A DNA stretch of 64,000 nucleotides from Sphingomonadales bacterium (GCA_009993585.1 JAACTG010000114.1:8372-72371), one strand, 5' to 3'. Positions 9,684 through 18,756 are shown, numbered from the stretch's first letter. Numbers and translations: made by a program. The notes: generated by a model not told the origin, from the sequence alone.

Positions 9684-10334
9684 TCAATTGCGACTGAGGT
9701 CGTCGACTTCCTGTAAAATCTGCGCGAGGGCGCTCTCGCTGTTCTGATCGCCGCGTGTCCGCGCCGGCAGCTTCCCCGATTCCATCAGATCCTCCAGCGC
9801 GGTGCGACCGCGCGCGACCCGGCTCTTGATCGTGCCGACCGCGACGCCGCAGATTTCGGCCGCCTCTTCATAGGCGAACCCGCCGGCGCCGACGAGGATC
9901 AACGCTTCGCGCTGCGTTTGCGGCAGCATCAGCAGCGCGCGCTGCATGTCGGTCAGGTCGACATGGCGGCCCTGCGGCGCCGGAGCGGCGAGTGTCCGTT
10001 CGGCGACGAGGTCGTCCCATTCGCCCGAAAAACGCGCGCGACGCATCTGCGAAAGGAACAGGTTCCTGAGGATGATAAAGGTCCAGGCGCGCATGTTCGT
10101 GCCCGCGCGGAAGCGCTTTCGCGCCGCCCAGGCCTTGAGCAGCGTTTCCTGGACAAGATCGTCGGCGGTGTCGCGATTGCCCGACAACGAGCGGCCGAAA
10201 GCGCGCAAATGCGGGATGACCGTACCCAGTTCGACACGGAAACTATCGTCGTCGAGCGTTTCGAACGGCTCAGCGGCGGCGTCTTGCGTCTTGGCGTCGT
10301 TCTTGTCTGCTTTGCTCACACCGTTCGTCCGCAA
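9684..10334 (-). CDS. ecfG: ECF sigma factor, EcfG-type (general stress response)
   Basis: Region 2 reads DLVQETLLKAWAARKRF...AWTFIILRN. Region 4 reads REALILVGAGGFAYEEAAEICGVAVGTIKSRVARGR. It sits in the phyR/nepR locus. The track start is a TTG, so the start is uncertain. Confidence 0.85.
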   Translation of the reverse strand: MRTNGVSKADKNDAKTQDAAAEPFETLDDDSFRVELGTVIPHLRAFGRSLSGNRDTADDLVQETLLKAWAARKRFRAGTNMRAWTFIILRNLFLSQMRRARFSGEWDDLVAERTLAAPAPQGRHVDLTDMQRALLMLPQTQREALILVGAGGFAYEEAAEICGVAVGTIKSRVARGRTALEDLMESGKLPARTRGDQNSESALAQILQEVDDLSRN

Positions 10335-10420
10335 GATGGGCGCGACCCCGGTACGGCGTCGGCTCGTCTCTCTAAGCGCTTAATCATTTTTGGAGAATGA
10401 CTAATTTCGCTCGGGCCCGA

Positions 10421-10552
10421 TCAGCGCGCAAGAACCATGAAGCCCAGCGCCAATACCGCCAGCACAGTTGAAATTCCAAGGACGTAGCGCACGATGTGCG
10501 GGGTGCTTCCGGCGCGGGCGTCGGTATCGGTCTTGCGCACTTCGGGATCCAT
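10421..10552 (-). CDS. Small (43-aa) predicted single-pass membrane protein between phyR and ecfG; below the ORF-track length cutoff
   Basis: My own translation gives MDPEVRKTDTDARAGSTPHIVRYVLGISTVLAVLALGFMVLAR. AGGAAG lies 6 nt upstream of the ATG. It is on the same strand as phyR (stop 10593) and ecfG (start 10334). Confidence 0.4.
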   Translation of the reverse strand: MDPEVRKTDTDARAGSTPHIVRYVLGISTVLAVLALGFMVLAR

Positions 10553-10592
10553 AACGGCTTCCTAGATGATTGGGCGTCGATGACGCGAAGGG

Positions 10593-11393
10593 TTAGGCGG
10601 GCAGCGTTGCCCGGTCAAAGAACAACGCCTGCGAAATCGCCGCCTTGACCGTCGCCCGCTGGAACGGCTTGGTGATGAGGAAGGTCGGTTCAGGCCGTTC
10701 ACCGGTCAACAGGCGTTCGGGGAACGCGGTGATGAAGATTACCGGCACGTCGATTTCGGACAGGATGTCGCTGACCGCATCGATGCCCGAGCTGTTGTCG
10801 GCGAGCTGGATATCGGCGAGCACGAGGCCGGGGCGGCTTTCCTTGGCCTGAGCCACGGCCTCGTCGCGCGTCACGGCGATGCCGGTCACGTCATGGCCGA
10901 GATCGCGGACGATCGTTTCGAGATCCATCGCGATCATCGGTTCGTCCTCGATGATCAGGACGGCGGCACGCGTCTGGTTTTCGATCTCGCTGAGCGCTTC
11001 GTCGACGAGGTCGTCGACGCGTTGCGCGCTTTCGGCGATCAGATAGCCCGCATCCTCCGAAGAAAATCCTTCCATCGCCGTCAGCAGCAACGCTTGGCGG
11101 CTCACCGGGGTGAGCTTGGCCATGCGGCCTTGGGCGATCGCCTCGGACCCATCGTTGGCGCCGCTGTCGGCGCTATCGCCGCGTCCGTCGTCGGTCGATT
11201 GCCAGATCGTCTGAAAGGTCTTGTACAAACCCAAACGCGGTTCGACGTCGGCGGGAAATTCGTCTGGCGCGGCGACGATCGCCTCCAACGTCGCGCGGAC
11301 GAAGTTGTCGCCGTGATTCTGGCTGCCGGTAAGCGCGCGAGCATAGCGCCTGAGAAACGGAAGGTGCGGCGCAAGTTGCTGACCCAATGACAT
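10593..11393 (-). CDS. phyR: Anti-anti-sigma response regulator PhyR
   Basis: The N-terminal sigma-like domain begins MSLGQQLAPHLPFLRRYARALTG. The C-terminal receiver contains VLIIEDEPMIAMDLE...LVLADIQL...ITKPF. The track ORF to 11543 is an over-extension. Confidence 0.9.
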   Translation of the reverse strand: MSLGQQLAPHLPFLRRYARALTGSQNHGDNFVRATLEAIVAAPDEFPADVEPRLGLYKTFQTIWQSTDDGRGDSADSGANDGSEAIAQGRMAKLTPVSRQALLLTAMEGFSSEDAGYLIAESAQRVDDLVDEALSEIENQTRAAVLIIEDEPMIAMDLETIVRDLGHDVTGIAVTRDEAVAQAKESRPGLVLADIQLADNSSGIDAVSDILSEIDVPVIFITAFPERLLTGERPEPTFLITKPFQRATVKAAISQALFFDRATLPA

Positions 11394-11508
11394 TTTCTTG
11401 TAATCTCCCCAAAAGCGTACGCTGGCGCACGCATCGCCACGTGGCTCTACCGCCACTGTACCATCTCGCGACGTGTGCGAAACCCGTTTCGTAAATCCAA
11501 TAACGTTC

Positions 11509-11533
11509 GGAACAAACAAGGCCGAATTTGGTT
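11509..11533 (+). promoter_or_regulatory. Candidate EcfG-type promoter (GGAAC-N16-GGTT) upstream of nepR
   Basis: GGAAC at 11509-11513, a 16-nt spacer, then GGTT at 11530-11533. It is a near match to the GSR consensus GGAAC-N16-17-CGTT and fits the looser GGAAC-N18-19-TT form. It lies 70-100 nt upstream of the possible nepR starts. Confidence 0.4.
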
Positions 11534-11601
11534 TCGCAGCCATCGATATAATTCCCGGCTCGTGACCGGGCCACAGGGGTGTTTGTGCAAAAATCTATCG
11601 C

Positions 11602-11838
11602 TTGGCTAACATGGGTGAAACAGGCAAAGGGGAGACCGTGCACGACAATGGCGCGCGCCGAAAAGAGCATTTGATGACCAATTCGAAAGCATCGCAGCCG
11701 AAAGCCAAGCCCGCAGCAGCGGCAAAGGACCAGGGCAAGCATGACAATGTTTCGCACAATTTGCGCAAGGTCTATCAAGCCACCGTCGCCGAGGACATCC
11801 CCAAGGAAATGCTGGACCTGCTGAAGAAGCTGGGGTGA
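11602..11838 (+). CDS. nepR: Anti-sigma factor NepR
   Basis: The C-terminus reads NLRKVYQATVAEDIPKEMLDLLKKLG (NepR signature). It is divergent from phyR. The start is ambiguous (TTG 11602, ATG 11611, GTG 11638 after AAGGGGAG, ATG 11674). Confidence 0.8.
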   Translation: MANMGETGKGETVHDNGARRKEHLMTNSKASQPKAKPAAAAKDQGKHDNVSHNLRKVYQATVAEDIPKEMLDLLKKLG

Positions 11839-11857
11839 AGCCGATCGGCTTTGCCTT

Positions 11858-13552
11858 GTGGTCCCGCGGGCGGAGAAGCCAGTGACCGAGGCGATGCAAA
11901 ACACAGCGGACGAACCGCTTGTCGAAGCGCTCTCGCCGAACAGGCGGTGGCAGGACTTTTCGACCGAAATCAAGATTCTGCTGGCGCTGGTGATCGGCCT
12001 GGCGCCGCTTGGCATCCTCGGCGTGATGGCGACCGTCAAGGGCAATGCGAATGCCGAGCGCGACCGCGCCGCGCTGATTCGCGTCGCGGGCAACGAGCTG
12101 ACGCGCAATCTTGGCGTCGAACTTGCCTCGGATCGCGCGATGGTGCGTCGCAGCCTCGTCGGCGTTCCCGTCGCCGACCTGTTTCCGGAGGAAGCGCAGC
12201 GAATCTGCACCGATATTCGCTTTTCCATGACGCAGCCCGAGATCCCGCCGCCGCAGATTTTTATCGTCGACGGTCGCTTTACCCGCGAACTTTGCCCCGA
12301 TGAATCGAAGAGCTATTTTGCCACCGACCGGGTGGCGCAGGTCCCGATCGAGGGCCTGCTCGCGATCGACGCGGACAACCAGTTGCTGCTGTCTTCGGTA
12401 CGTTTCGACGAGCAGGACGAACCTTATGCGGCCGTGCTTGCCTATCGCCCCGAAACGCTCGCGGCGCTGGCTGGCGACAGCGAGATCGACCTGCCCGCGC
12501 ACAGCCTTACCGTCGTCGGGCGCGGCGGCGATCTGCCGATCATCGACAATAGTCGCGCGCTGCTCGCCGGATCGACCCTCGAAATCCGTCGTCCGATCGG
12601 GCAAACCGCACACGAGCTGTCGATTACCGTCCAGCAAGCGGCGATTTCGCGCAACGAACTCGTATCGCTGCTCGCCCCGATCGGCAACTGGCTGCTCGGC
12701 GCGGTGCTGGCCTGGGGCATGCTCAGCTTTTTCATCATGCGTCCGCTCAGTCGCCTGCACCGCAGCGTTGCGGCCTATCGCCCCGGTGCGGTGTTCCTGC
12801 GCCCGCGCAAACGCCATGCAACCGCCCGCGAGATCGTCCAGCTCGAGGCCGATTTCAGCGCGCTGTCGGAAACCGTCGCCGCCGACAAGGCAGAGCTTGC
12901 CAAGAGCCTCGAGCGGCAGACCTCGCTGACGCGCGAAATCCATCACCGGGTGAAGAACAACCAGCAGATTATCGCCAGCCTGATCAACCTCCACAGCCGC
13001 GCCGCGCCGCCCGAGACCGAGGGCGCCTATCTGACCATCCAGCGCCGCGTCGATGCCTTGTCGGTGGTGCACCGCAATCATTCGGCCGACGAACCCGCGA
13101 CCGGCGTCGCGGTGCGACCGCTGATGGCGGAGCTGACCGCAAGCCTGCGTTCGAGCGGGGAACGTTCGGTCGGCTTTCCGGCGATATCTCTTGCCGTCGA
13201 TCCGCTCGACATCACGCAGGACGTCGCGGTCTCGCTGTCGTTCCTGGTGACCGAACTCGCCGAGCTGTCGTCGGTGTGCGATCCGGCCGCCGAAATCGCG
13301 GTGACGGTGGAGAAGGTCGACGACGTCGGCGATGCTTCGGGCGGCGGCAGTCTGGCACGGCTGACGGTGCAGTCGCGCGGGCTGATCGCCGGCGACGCGC
13401 ACGACGGCTGGGTTGCCGAACGTTATGGCCGCGTCATCACCGGCCTTTCGCGCCAGCTACGTCAGGCGATGGTCTATGACGGCGAGACGGGCCGCTATTG
13501 TATCGTGTTTCCGGTCCTCGACGTCCCGGGCGAAGACGACGCCGCGCTGTAA
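11858..13552 (+). CDS. Membrane HisKA_2/HWE-type sensor kinase-like protein (PhyT/PhyP-like)
   Basis: H-box [20 protein letters not shown]. Two TM segments flank a ~230-aa periplasmic region. It lies directly downstream of nepR. No clear N-box Asn or G-boxes are visible by eye in the C-terminal domain. Start is GTG 11858 or GTG 11882 (GGAG 6 nt upstream). Confidence 0.75.
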   Translation: MVPRAEKPVTEAMQNTADEPLVEALSPNRRWQDFSTEIKILLALVIGLAPLGILGVMATVKGNANAERDRAALIRVAGNELTRNLGVELASDRAMVRRSLVGVPVADLFPEEAQRICTDIRFSMTQPEIPPPQIFIVDGRFTRELCPDESKSYFATDRVAQVPIEGLLAIDADNQLLLSSVRFDEQDEPYAAVLAYRPETLAALAGDSEIDLPAHSLTVVGRGGDLPIIDNSRALLAGSTLEIRRPIGQTAHELSITVQQAAISRNELVSLLAPIGNWLLGAVLAWGMLSFFIMRPLSRLHRSVAAYRPGAVFLRPRKRHATAREIVQLEADFSALSETVAADKAELAKSLERQTSLTREIHHRVKNNQQIIASLINLHSRAAPPETEGAYLTIQRRVDALSVVHRNHSADEPATGVAVRPLMAELTASLRSSGERSVGFPAISLAVDPLDITQDVAVSLSFLVTELAELSSVCDPAAEIAVTVEKVDDVGDASGGGSLARLTVQSRGLIAGDAHDGWVAERYGRVITGLSRQLRQAMVYDGETGRYCIVFPVLDVPGEDDAAL

Positions 13553-14670
13553 TCGGCGCGGAAGCGAGCGGCGAAGGCGGCGAGTTCACCGGCGGCAATA
13601 GCGTCGCGCAACGCCTGCATCAGTGCCTGGTAGAAATGCAGGTTGTGCTGCGTCATCAGCATCGCGCCGAGCATTTCCCCCGATTTGACGAGATGGTGGA
13701 GATAGGCGCGGCTCCACGTCGCACAGACCGGGCAGGCGCAGCGCTCGTCGAGCGGCTCCTGGTCTTCGTTATGGCGCGCATTGCGAATGTTGACCGGCCC
13801 ACCCCAGGTGAATGCCTGGCCATTGCGTCCCGATCGCGTCGGCAGGACGCAATCGAACATGTCGACGCCGCGCAGCACCGCCCCGACGATGTCGTCGGGC
13901 TTGCCGACCCCCATCAGGTAGCGCGGGGCATCGGCGGGCAATTGGCCGGGGGCGTAATCGAGCACGCCGAACATCGCCTCCTGACCTTCGCCGACGGCAA
14001 GGCCGCCGATCGCATAGCCGTCAAAGCCGATATTGGTCAGCGCATCGGCCGAGGCCTTGCGCAGCCCCTCGTCGAGCGCGCCCTGCTGGATGCCGAAGAT
14101 CGCCCCGCGCGGCCGCCCGGTGTCGATCGTGTCGAACGCGTCGCGCGATCGCCGCGCCCAGCGCATCGATCGCTCCATCGCCGCCGCCTGCGCCTCGTGC
14201 GAGCTATCGGTGCGGACGAGTTCGTCGAACGCCATGACGATGTCGGAACCGAGCAGGCGCTGGATCTCGATCGAGCGTTCGGGCGTGATCATGTGCCGGG
14301 CGCCGTCGAGATGGCTCTTGAACGACACGCCGTCCTCGCTGACCTTGGCGAGATCGGACAGGCTCATCACCTGGTATCCGCCGCTGTCGGTCAGGATCGG
14401 GCGATCCCATGCCATGAAGGCGTGGAGCCCGCCGAGCCGCGCGATACGCTCGGCGCCGGGGCGCAGCATCAGGTGATAGGTATTGCCCAGGATGATGTCG
14501 GCCCCGCTGGCACGCACTTCGGCGGGGCGCATCGCCTTGACCGTCGCGGCGGTGCCGACCGGCATGAAGGCGGGCGTGCGGATCTCGCCGCGCGCCATGT
14601 GGATCGCGCCCGTGCGCGCGGCGCCGTCGGTCGCGGTGATTTGAAAGGCGAAAGGCGGCGGCGCGGTCAT
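13495..14670 (-). CDS. tgt: tRNA-guanine(34) transglycosylase
   Basis: Contains [15 protein letters not shown]...[15 protein letters not shown], plus the zinc-site motif CACPVC...H. ATG at 14670; the track ORF to 14787 is an over-extension. Confidence 0.9.
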   Translation of the reverse strand: MTAPPPFAFQITATDGAARTGAIHMARGEIRTPAFMPVGTAATVKAMRPAEVRASGADIILGNTYHLMLRPGAERIARLGGLHAFMAWDRPILTDSGGYQVMSLSDLAKVSEDGVSFKSHLDGARHMITPERSIEIQRLLGSDIVMAFDELVRTDSSHEAQAAAMERSMRWARRSRDAFDTIDTGRPRGAIFGIQQGALDEGLRKASADALTNIGFDGYAIGGLAVGEGQEAMFGVLDYAPGQLPADAPRYLMGVGKPDDIVGAVLRGVDMFDCVLPTRSGRNGQAFTWGGPVNIRNARHNEDQEPLDERCACPVCATWSRAYLHHLVKSGEMLGAMLMTQHNLHFYQALMQALRDAIAAGELAAFAARFRADYSAASSSPGTSRTGNTIQ

Positions 14671-14740
14671 GCCAGCGGCTCGTAGCGGCTGCGACGGACC
14701 ACGCAAGGGGGGAGGCGCACCGCCGCTTCGCAGGGGAGAC

Positions 14741-14775
14741 AAAGCAAAAGGGCCGGCGCGTTGCCGCGCCGACCC
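14741..14775 (-). terminator. Rho-independent terminator downstream of the OMP gene
   Basis: The minus strand reads GGGTCGGCGCG-GCAA-CGCGCCGGCCC followed by TTTTGCTTT. Confidence 0.65.
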
Positions 14776-14802
14776 TTCATGCGTCATCGACTGGCGTCGA
14801 AA

Positions 14803-15363
14803 TCAGAACTTGAAGCCAAGGCCGACAGTGCCGCGAACGGTGTCGAACGAAACCGTATCGAGACCGACGCTCAGCATCGCATTGTTGCCGACGTCGAACT
14901 GGCCACCGACACCGACGAGATAATCGTCGACGACGGTGCTCTGGCCAGCGGCCTTGAACGCCGCCTCGGTCAACAGGCCGCCAGTCAGCTGATCGACGTC
15001 GAGGTCGACCCACTGATAGCCGCCCTTGACGAAGACCATGCCGCCGCCGATCTTGTAGCCGAGCTTGGTCGCGACACCATAATCGGCGTCAATCGCGTCG
15101 CTACCGAAATGGTAGTTGCCTTCCAAGCCGAGCGTCACGCCGCCGTCACCGACGGGAATGTCCACCCCGGCCTTGGCGCCGTAGATAAAGCCGCCGTCTT
15201 CGGGATTGGTGATGCCGATCGCGGTCAGCTCATCGCCGATGCCGAGATCGTGATAGCCGCCCGAAGCAGCGATATAGACGGTGGGCTGCGCAGCGTCCTG
15301 CGCCATCGCCGGAGTGGCGAAGGCGGCAACCGCCGCAGCGGCGAGAAATGCGATTTTCTTCAT
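14803..15363 (-). CDS. Outer-membrane beta-barrel protein (small OmpA-like/opacity-porin-type barrel)
   Basis: Signal peptide MKKIAFLAAAAVAAFATPAMAQ, alternating beta-strand pattern, and a C-terminal GLGFKF ending in Phe. Confidence 0.8.
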   Translation of the reverse strand: MKKIAFLAAAAVAAFATPAMAQDAAQPTVYIAASGGYHDLGIGDELTAIGITNPEDGGFIYGAKAGVDIPVGDGGVTLGLEGNYHFGSDAIDADYGVATKLGYKIGGGMVFVKGGYQWVDLDVDQLTGGLLTEAAFKAAGQSTVVDDYLVGVGGQFDVGNNAMLSVGLDTVSFDTVRGTVGLGFKF

Positions 15364-15523
15364 GCTTAATTCCTGTGCTTGAGTGCGCTGGATATCAGCG
15401 TACCGCCGGTTAGATAGGTTCGCGCGATTGCGCTGCAATGAACAAATCAAGTTAGATTTCTGAATGCGTGTGACTGTGTCGTCTCGGCAACACACATGAT
15501 CGGTGGTTTTCCGCGCCATTTGG

Positions 15524-16984
15524 CTAGGATACGCGTTGCGCTGCCGCACGAAGATCGTCCACGAACGCCCGATAGGCATCATGTTTTTCCGCGTCGGGAA
15601 GCCGCAATAGATAGCTGGGATGAACGGTCACCCAGGCTTCGGCACGTTCGGAGAGCGCGAAGGGGCGGCTCCGCGATTTGCCAATCGCCATCGCCTTGCC
15701 GAATATCGCGCGCGCCGCCGTCGCGCCCAGCGCAACGGTGACGCGCGGCAGGACCAACGCGCGCTCCTGGTCGAGCCACCAGCGACAGGCGTCGATTTCG
15801 CCGACTGCCGGCGACTGGTGAATACGCCGCTTGCCGCGGGCGACGAACTTGAAATGCTTGACCGCGTTGGTAACGTAAGTTGCACCGCGATCGATACCGG
15901 CATCGATCAATGCGCGGTCGAACAATTGTCCGGCGGGTCCCACGAACGGTCGCCCGGCAAGATCTTCCTGGTCGCCCGGCTGCTCGCCGACGAACATCAG
16001 CGCGGCATCGACCGGCCCTTCGCCGAACACCGTTTGCGAGGCACAGCGGTGGAGCGGGCAGCGCGTACAGCCCTGCGCTTCCCGACGGAGCGCCTGCCAT
16101 GCGCCGGAGCGGTTCGATCCGGGGGCTGCGGCACTCTGCTGCGCCTCGGCAATCATCTCGGCCTCGCGGGCCTGGGCGCCTGCGACCAGCGCGGGAATGA
16201 GCGCGGTCTCGGGCATGTTCTTCCAGTATTTGCGCGGCATTTCCTTCATCATCGCGCCGATCTTTACGCGCGCCGGATTGAAAATGCTGGCATAATAGCT
16301 TTTCCAGACGTCCTCGATCGGGTCGCCGCCCGGCGCATCGCCGCGGATCGCGCCCGCGGTCTCGGACAGCGTCTCGCCATCCCAATGGATCGACAGGTCG
16401 GGGGTCAGGATCGACCAGCGCATATTGGCGAAACGCTCGACGAAAAAGCGCGCATTGGCGCGCACGATATGATGTTCGGGCTCGAACCATGCGACGAAAC
16501 GCTGCGTGCCGTCGTCGTCCTCGATCTCGCGAAAGCGGACGAAGGCGCGCATCTTGTGGATATCGCGCCGGACCGCCTTGGCGAGACCCTCGATCCGCTG
16601 CATCAGCGGGTCGGCGCGGTCGCTTGCGAAACCGGGGTTGCGCTGGATACGCCACAGCGCGGTATACAGCAGCGCGAAGCGTTCGGGATCGCGATGGCAC
16701 GCCGCCTGGCGGGCGAGATCAATGAAGTGCCTCGGCGCAGTCAACGCCCGGCTGCGCGCCGTCACCGGCGGCGGCTCGACTGTTTCGCCGAACAGGTCGC
16801 CGACATCGCCATCGACCCGCCATTCGACGCGATCGGGGGCGATATCCGCAATCGCGAGCGCGCGGGCGGCGCTGCGCCAGCCATCGAAATCGTCGGTCGC
16901 GGCGAGCGTGATCGTCCTGATCGCGCCCGCCGGAGGTCCGCTCAGGCCGCTGCGGTCATTCCCTGTCGTCGCCGGGGTCGACAT
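15524..16984 (-). CDS. DUF4130 domain fused to a family-4 uracil-DNA-glycosylase-like domain
   Basis: The C-terminal half has UDG family-4 motifs (VFGEGP...FVGEQPGDQED and VTVHPSYLLR). The N-terminal ~250 aa resembles the partner protein of the DNA-repair radical SAM family (TIGR03915/03914 as recalled). The start overlaps the hemerythrin gene by 29 nt. Confidence 0.8.
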   Translation of the reverse strand: MSTPATTGNDRSGLSGPPAGAIRTITLAATDDFDGWRSAARALAIADIAPDRVEWRVDGDVGDLFGETVEPPPVTARSRALTAPRHFIDLARQAACHRDPERFALLYTALWRIQRNPGFASDRADPLMQRIEGLAKAVRRDIHKMRAFVRFREIEDDDGTQRFVAWFEPEHHIVRANARFFVERFANMRWSILTPDLSIHWDGETLSETAGAIRGDAPGGDPIEDVWKSYYASIFNPARVKIGAMMKEMPRKYWKNMPETALIPALVAGAQAREAEMIAEAQQSAAAPGSNRSGAWQALRREAQGCTRCPLHRCASQTVFGEGPVDAALMFVGEQPGDQEDLAGRPFVGPAGQLFDRALIDAGIDRGATYVTNAVKHFKFVARGKRRIHQSPAVGEIDACRWWLDQERALVLPRVTVALGATAARAIFGKAMAIGKSRSRPFALSERAEAWVTVHPSYLLRLPDAEKHDAYRAFVDDLRAAAQRVS

Positions 16985-17438
16985 CTTTCGCCTTGGCCTT
17001 TTCCTTCGGCTTGCGATTTTCGAATACCTTGGTGATGCGCGCCTTTTCGGTCTCGCTCAGGCCTTCGGCCGCGGCCGGGAACATCTCTTCCTCTTCCTCG
17101 TCGATATGGTGGAGGTAATCGTGCTTGAGCGTCTTGAAACGCGTCAGCCAGCCCGACGAAGACATATCCATCTCGAACAGTTCGGCGATGATGTCCTCGA
17201 TCTCCTTGTGTTCGGATACGCTGTGCTTGGCGTCCTGGTTGAGATCGGGCTTGGCGAGCATGGAAGCATAAAGAGACTCTTCCTCGGCGGCTGCGTGCGC
17301 GCGCACCTCGACCTGGAAGCGTTCGAACAGTTCGCGCCGCCCCTCGCTGTCGCCATGCGTCTTTTCGATCAGGTCGAGCAGCGTGCGGTGGGTTTCGTGG
17401 TCGTCGATGAGGTCCTGGAATATTTCGGCCTGCGCCAT
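16956..17438 (-). CDS. Hemerythrin (HHE cation-binding) domain protein
   Basis: His/Glu ligand pattern: DDHETHR...EVRAHAAAEEE...SEHKEIED...HDYLHHIDEEEEEMF. SD AGGGAG lies 7 nt upstream of the ATG. Confidence 0.75.
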   Translation of the reverse strand: MAQAEIFQDLIDDHETHRTLLDLIEKTHGDSEGRRELFERFQVEVRAHAAAEEESLYASMLAKPDLNQDAKHSVSEHKEIEDIIAELFEMDMSSSGWLTRFKTLKHDYLHHIDEEEEEMFPAAAEGLSETEKARITKVFENRKPKEKAKAKDVDPGDDRE

Positions 17439-17469
17439 GTCTTTGCTCCCTGTTTCGTTTCACCCTGCC

Positions 17470-17494
17470 AACGAGTGCCGCGCGACTTCGTTTC
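17470..17494 (-). promoter_or_regulatory. Weak candidate EcfG-like promoter (GAAAC-N16-CGTT) upstream of the hemerythrin gene
   Basis: The minus strand reads GAAAC-gaagtcgcgcggcact-CGTT, 31 nt upstream of ATG 17438. The -35 element matches 4 of 5 positions. Confidence 0.25.
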
Positions 17495-17506
17495 ATCGCT
17501 CTCGCC

Positions 17507-18754
17507 TCAGCCGGCGAATAATTCCAGTTGCTCGCTTTTCGGCGCGAGCAGGACGCGCAGATCGGCCCGGTCGGCCAGCAGCGTCGGTCGCCAGTCGGGG
17601 GTGACGATGAACGGTCGGATCTTCGCCACCGACACCGTCAGCCGCGCGACGTCGTCGAGCCGCAGCATGCGCCAGCGGCGCGCCGACACGATGCCCTGTA
17701 CGGCGCGCACGCCGAGGCCGGGCACGCGCAGCAGCATCGATTTCGACGCGCGGTTGATATCGATGGGGAACTGCGCGCGATGCTGCAGTGCCCAAGCGAG
17801 CTTGGGATCGATGTCGAGCGGCAGCATGCCGGTCGCGGTATCGGTCGCGCCGACGATTTCATGCGCGGCAAAGCCATAGAAGCGCATCAGCCAGTCGGAC
17901 TGGTAGAGGCGGTGCTCGCGCATCAGCGGCGGACGTTTGAGCGGCAGCACGCTGCTGGCGTCGGGAATCGGGCTGAACGCGCTGTAATAGACGCGCTTGA
18001 GCGCATGGTCGTCGTAGAGGCCGCGTGCGCGCAGGATGATATCGCCGTCGTTCGCGCTGTCGGCGCCGACGATCATCTGCGTCGATTGCCCGCCCGGCGC
18101 GAAGCGCGGCGCGTGCCGGTATTTCTTTCGCGCATCCTTGGTGTCGATGATATCCGATTTCATCCGCGCCATCGCGCCGTCGATCCGGGCCGCCGATTTT
18201 TCGGGCGCGAGCCGGGCAAGACCACCGACCGTCGGCAGCTCGACGTTGATCGAGACGCGATCGGCATAGAGGCCGGCCTGATGGACCAGCTCGGGATCGG
18301 CGTCGGGGATCGTCTTCAAATGAATATAGCCGCGATAGTCGTGGACCTCGCGCAGCTGCCGCGCGACCTCGACGAGCTGTTCCATCGTGTAATTCGACGA
18401 GCGGATGATGCCCGAGGAGAGGAACAGCCCCTCGATATAATTGCGCTTGTAGAAATCGAGCGTCAGCGCGACGACTTCCTCGACGGTAAAGCGCGCGCGC
18501 CGCACATTCGAAGATTTGCGGTTGATACAGTAATGGCAGTCGAAGACGCAGCTGTTGGTCAGCAGGATTTTGAGCAGGCTGATGCATCGCCCATCGGGCG
18601 CATAGGCGTGGCAGATGCCGCTGCCGGTGACCGAACCGATGCCCTTGCCGCCCTTCGACGTCCGCTTGGTCGAGCCCGAAGAGGCGCACGACGCGTCGTA
18701 TTTTGCCGCATCGGCAAGAATTTCGAGTTTTTGCTGGACGTCGAGCCGGGCCAT
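17507..18754 (-). CDS. Putative DNA modification/repair radical SAM protein
   Basis: Has the CxxxCxxC cluster motif (SCVFDCHYC) and the N-terminus MARLDVQQKLEILADAAKYDASC. The C-terminal helix-hairpin-helix-like region reads LLRVPGLGVRAVQGIV. It is adjacent to a DUF4130-UDG gene (TIGR03916-type as recalled). Confidence 0.85.
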   Translation of the reverse strand: MARLDVQQKLEILADAAKYDASCASSGSTKRTSKGGKGIGSVTGSGICHAYAPDGRCISLLKILLTNSCVFDCHYCINRKSSNVRRARFTVEEVVALTLDFYKRNYIEGLFLSSGIIRSSNYTMEQLVEVARQLREVHDYRGYIHLKTIPDADPELVHQAGLYADRVSINVELPTVGGLARLAPEKSAARIDGAMARMKSDIIDTKDARKKYRHAPRFAPGGQSTQMIVGADSANDGDIILRARGLYDDHALKRVYYSAFSPIPDASSVLPLKRPPLMREHRLYQSDWLMRFYGFAAHEIVGATDTATGMLPLDIDPKLAWALQHRAQFPIDINRASKSMLLRVPGLGVRAVQGIVSARRWRMLRLDDVARLTVSVAKIRPFIVTPDWRPTLLADRADLRVLLAPKSEQLELFAG

Positions 18755-18756
18755 CT

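Noticed and set aside
10593-11543. N-terminally extended versions of real genes in the ORF track. Examples: phyR to 11543, tgt to 14787, bcp to 6709, recJ to 42023, panB to 34064, ispA to 23392, coaD to 22502, 2OG-oxygenase to 60987, OMP to 15582, folB from 57781.
   Set aside because: The family-typical N-termini begin at internal ATG, GTG or TTG codons. These often have an SD sequence or a start/stop overlap with the upstream gene. The extensions are Arg-rich and overlap neighbouring genes or promoters.
11394-11560. A search for an EcfG-type promoter driving phyR on the minus strand.
   Set aside because: Only CGAAC (the reverse complement of 11504-11508) is present. The nearest GGTT-like element needs a 19-nt spacer, so there is no convincing match. 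phyR may use another promoter, or my by-eye search may have missed it.
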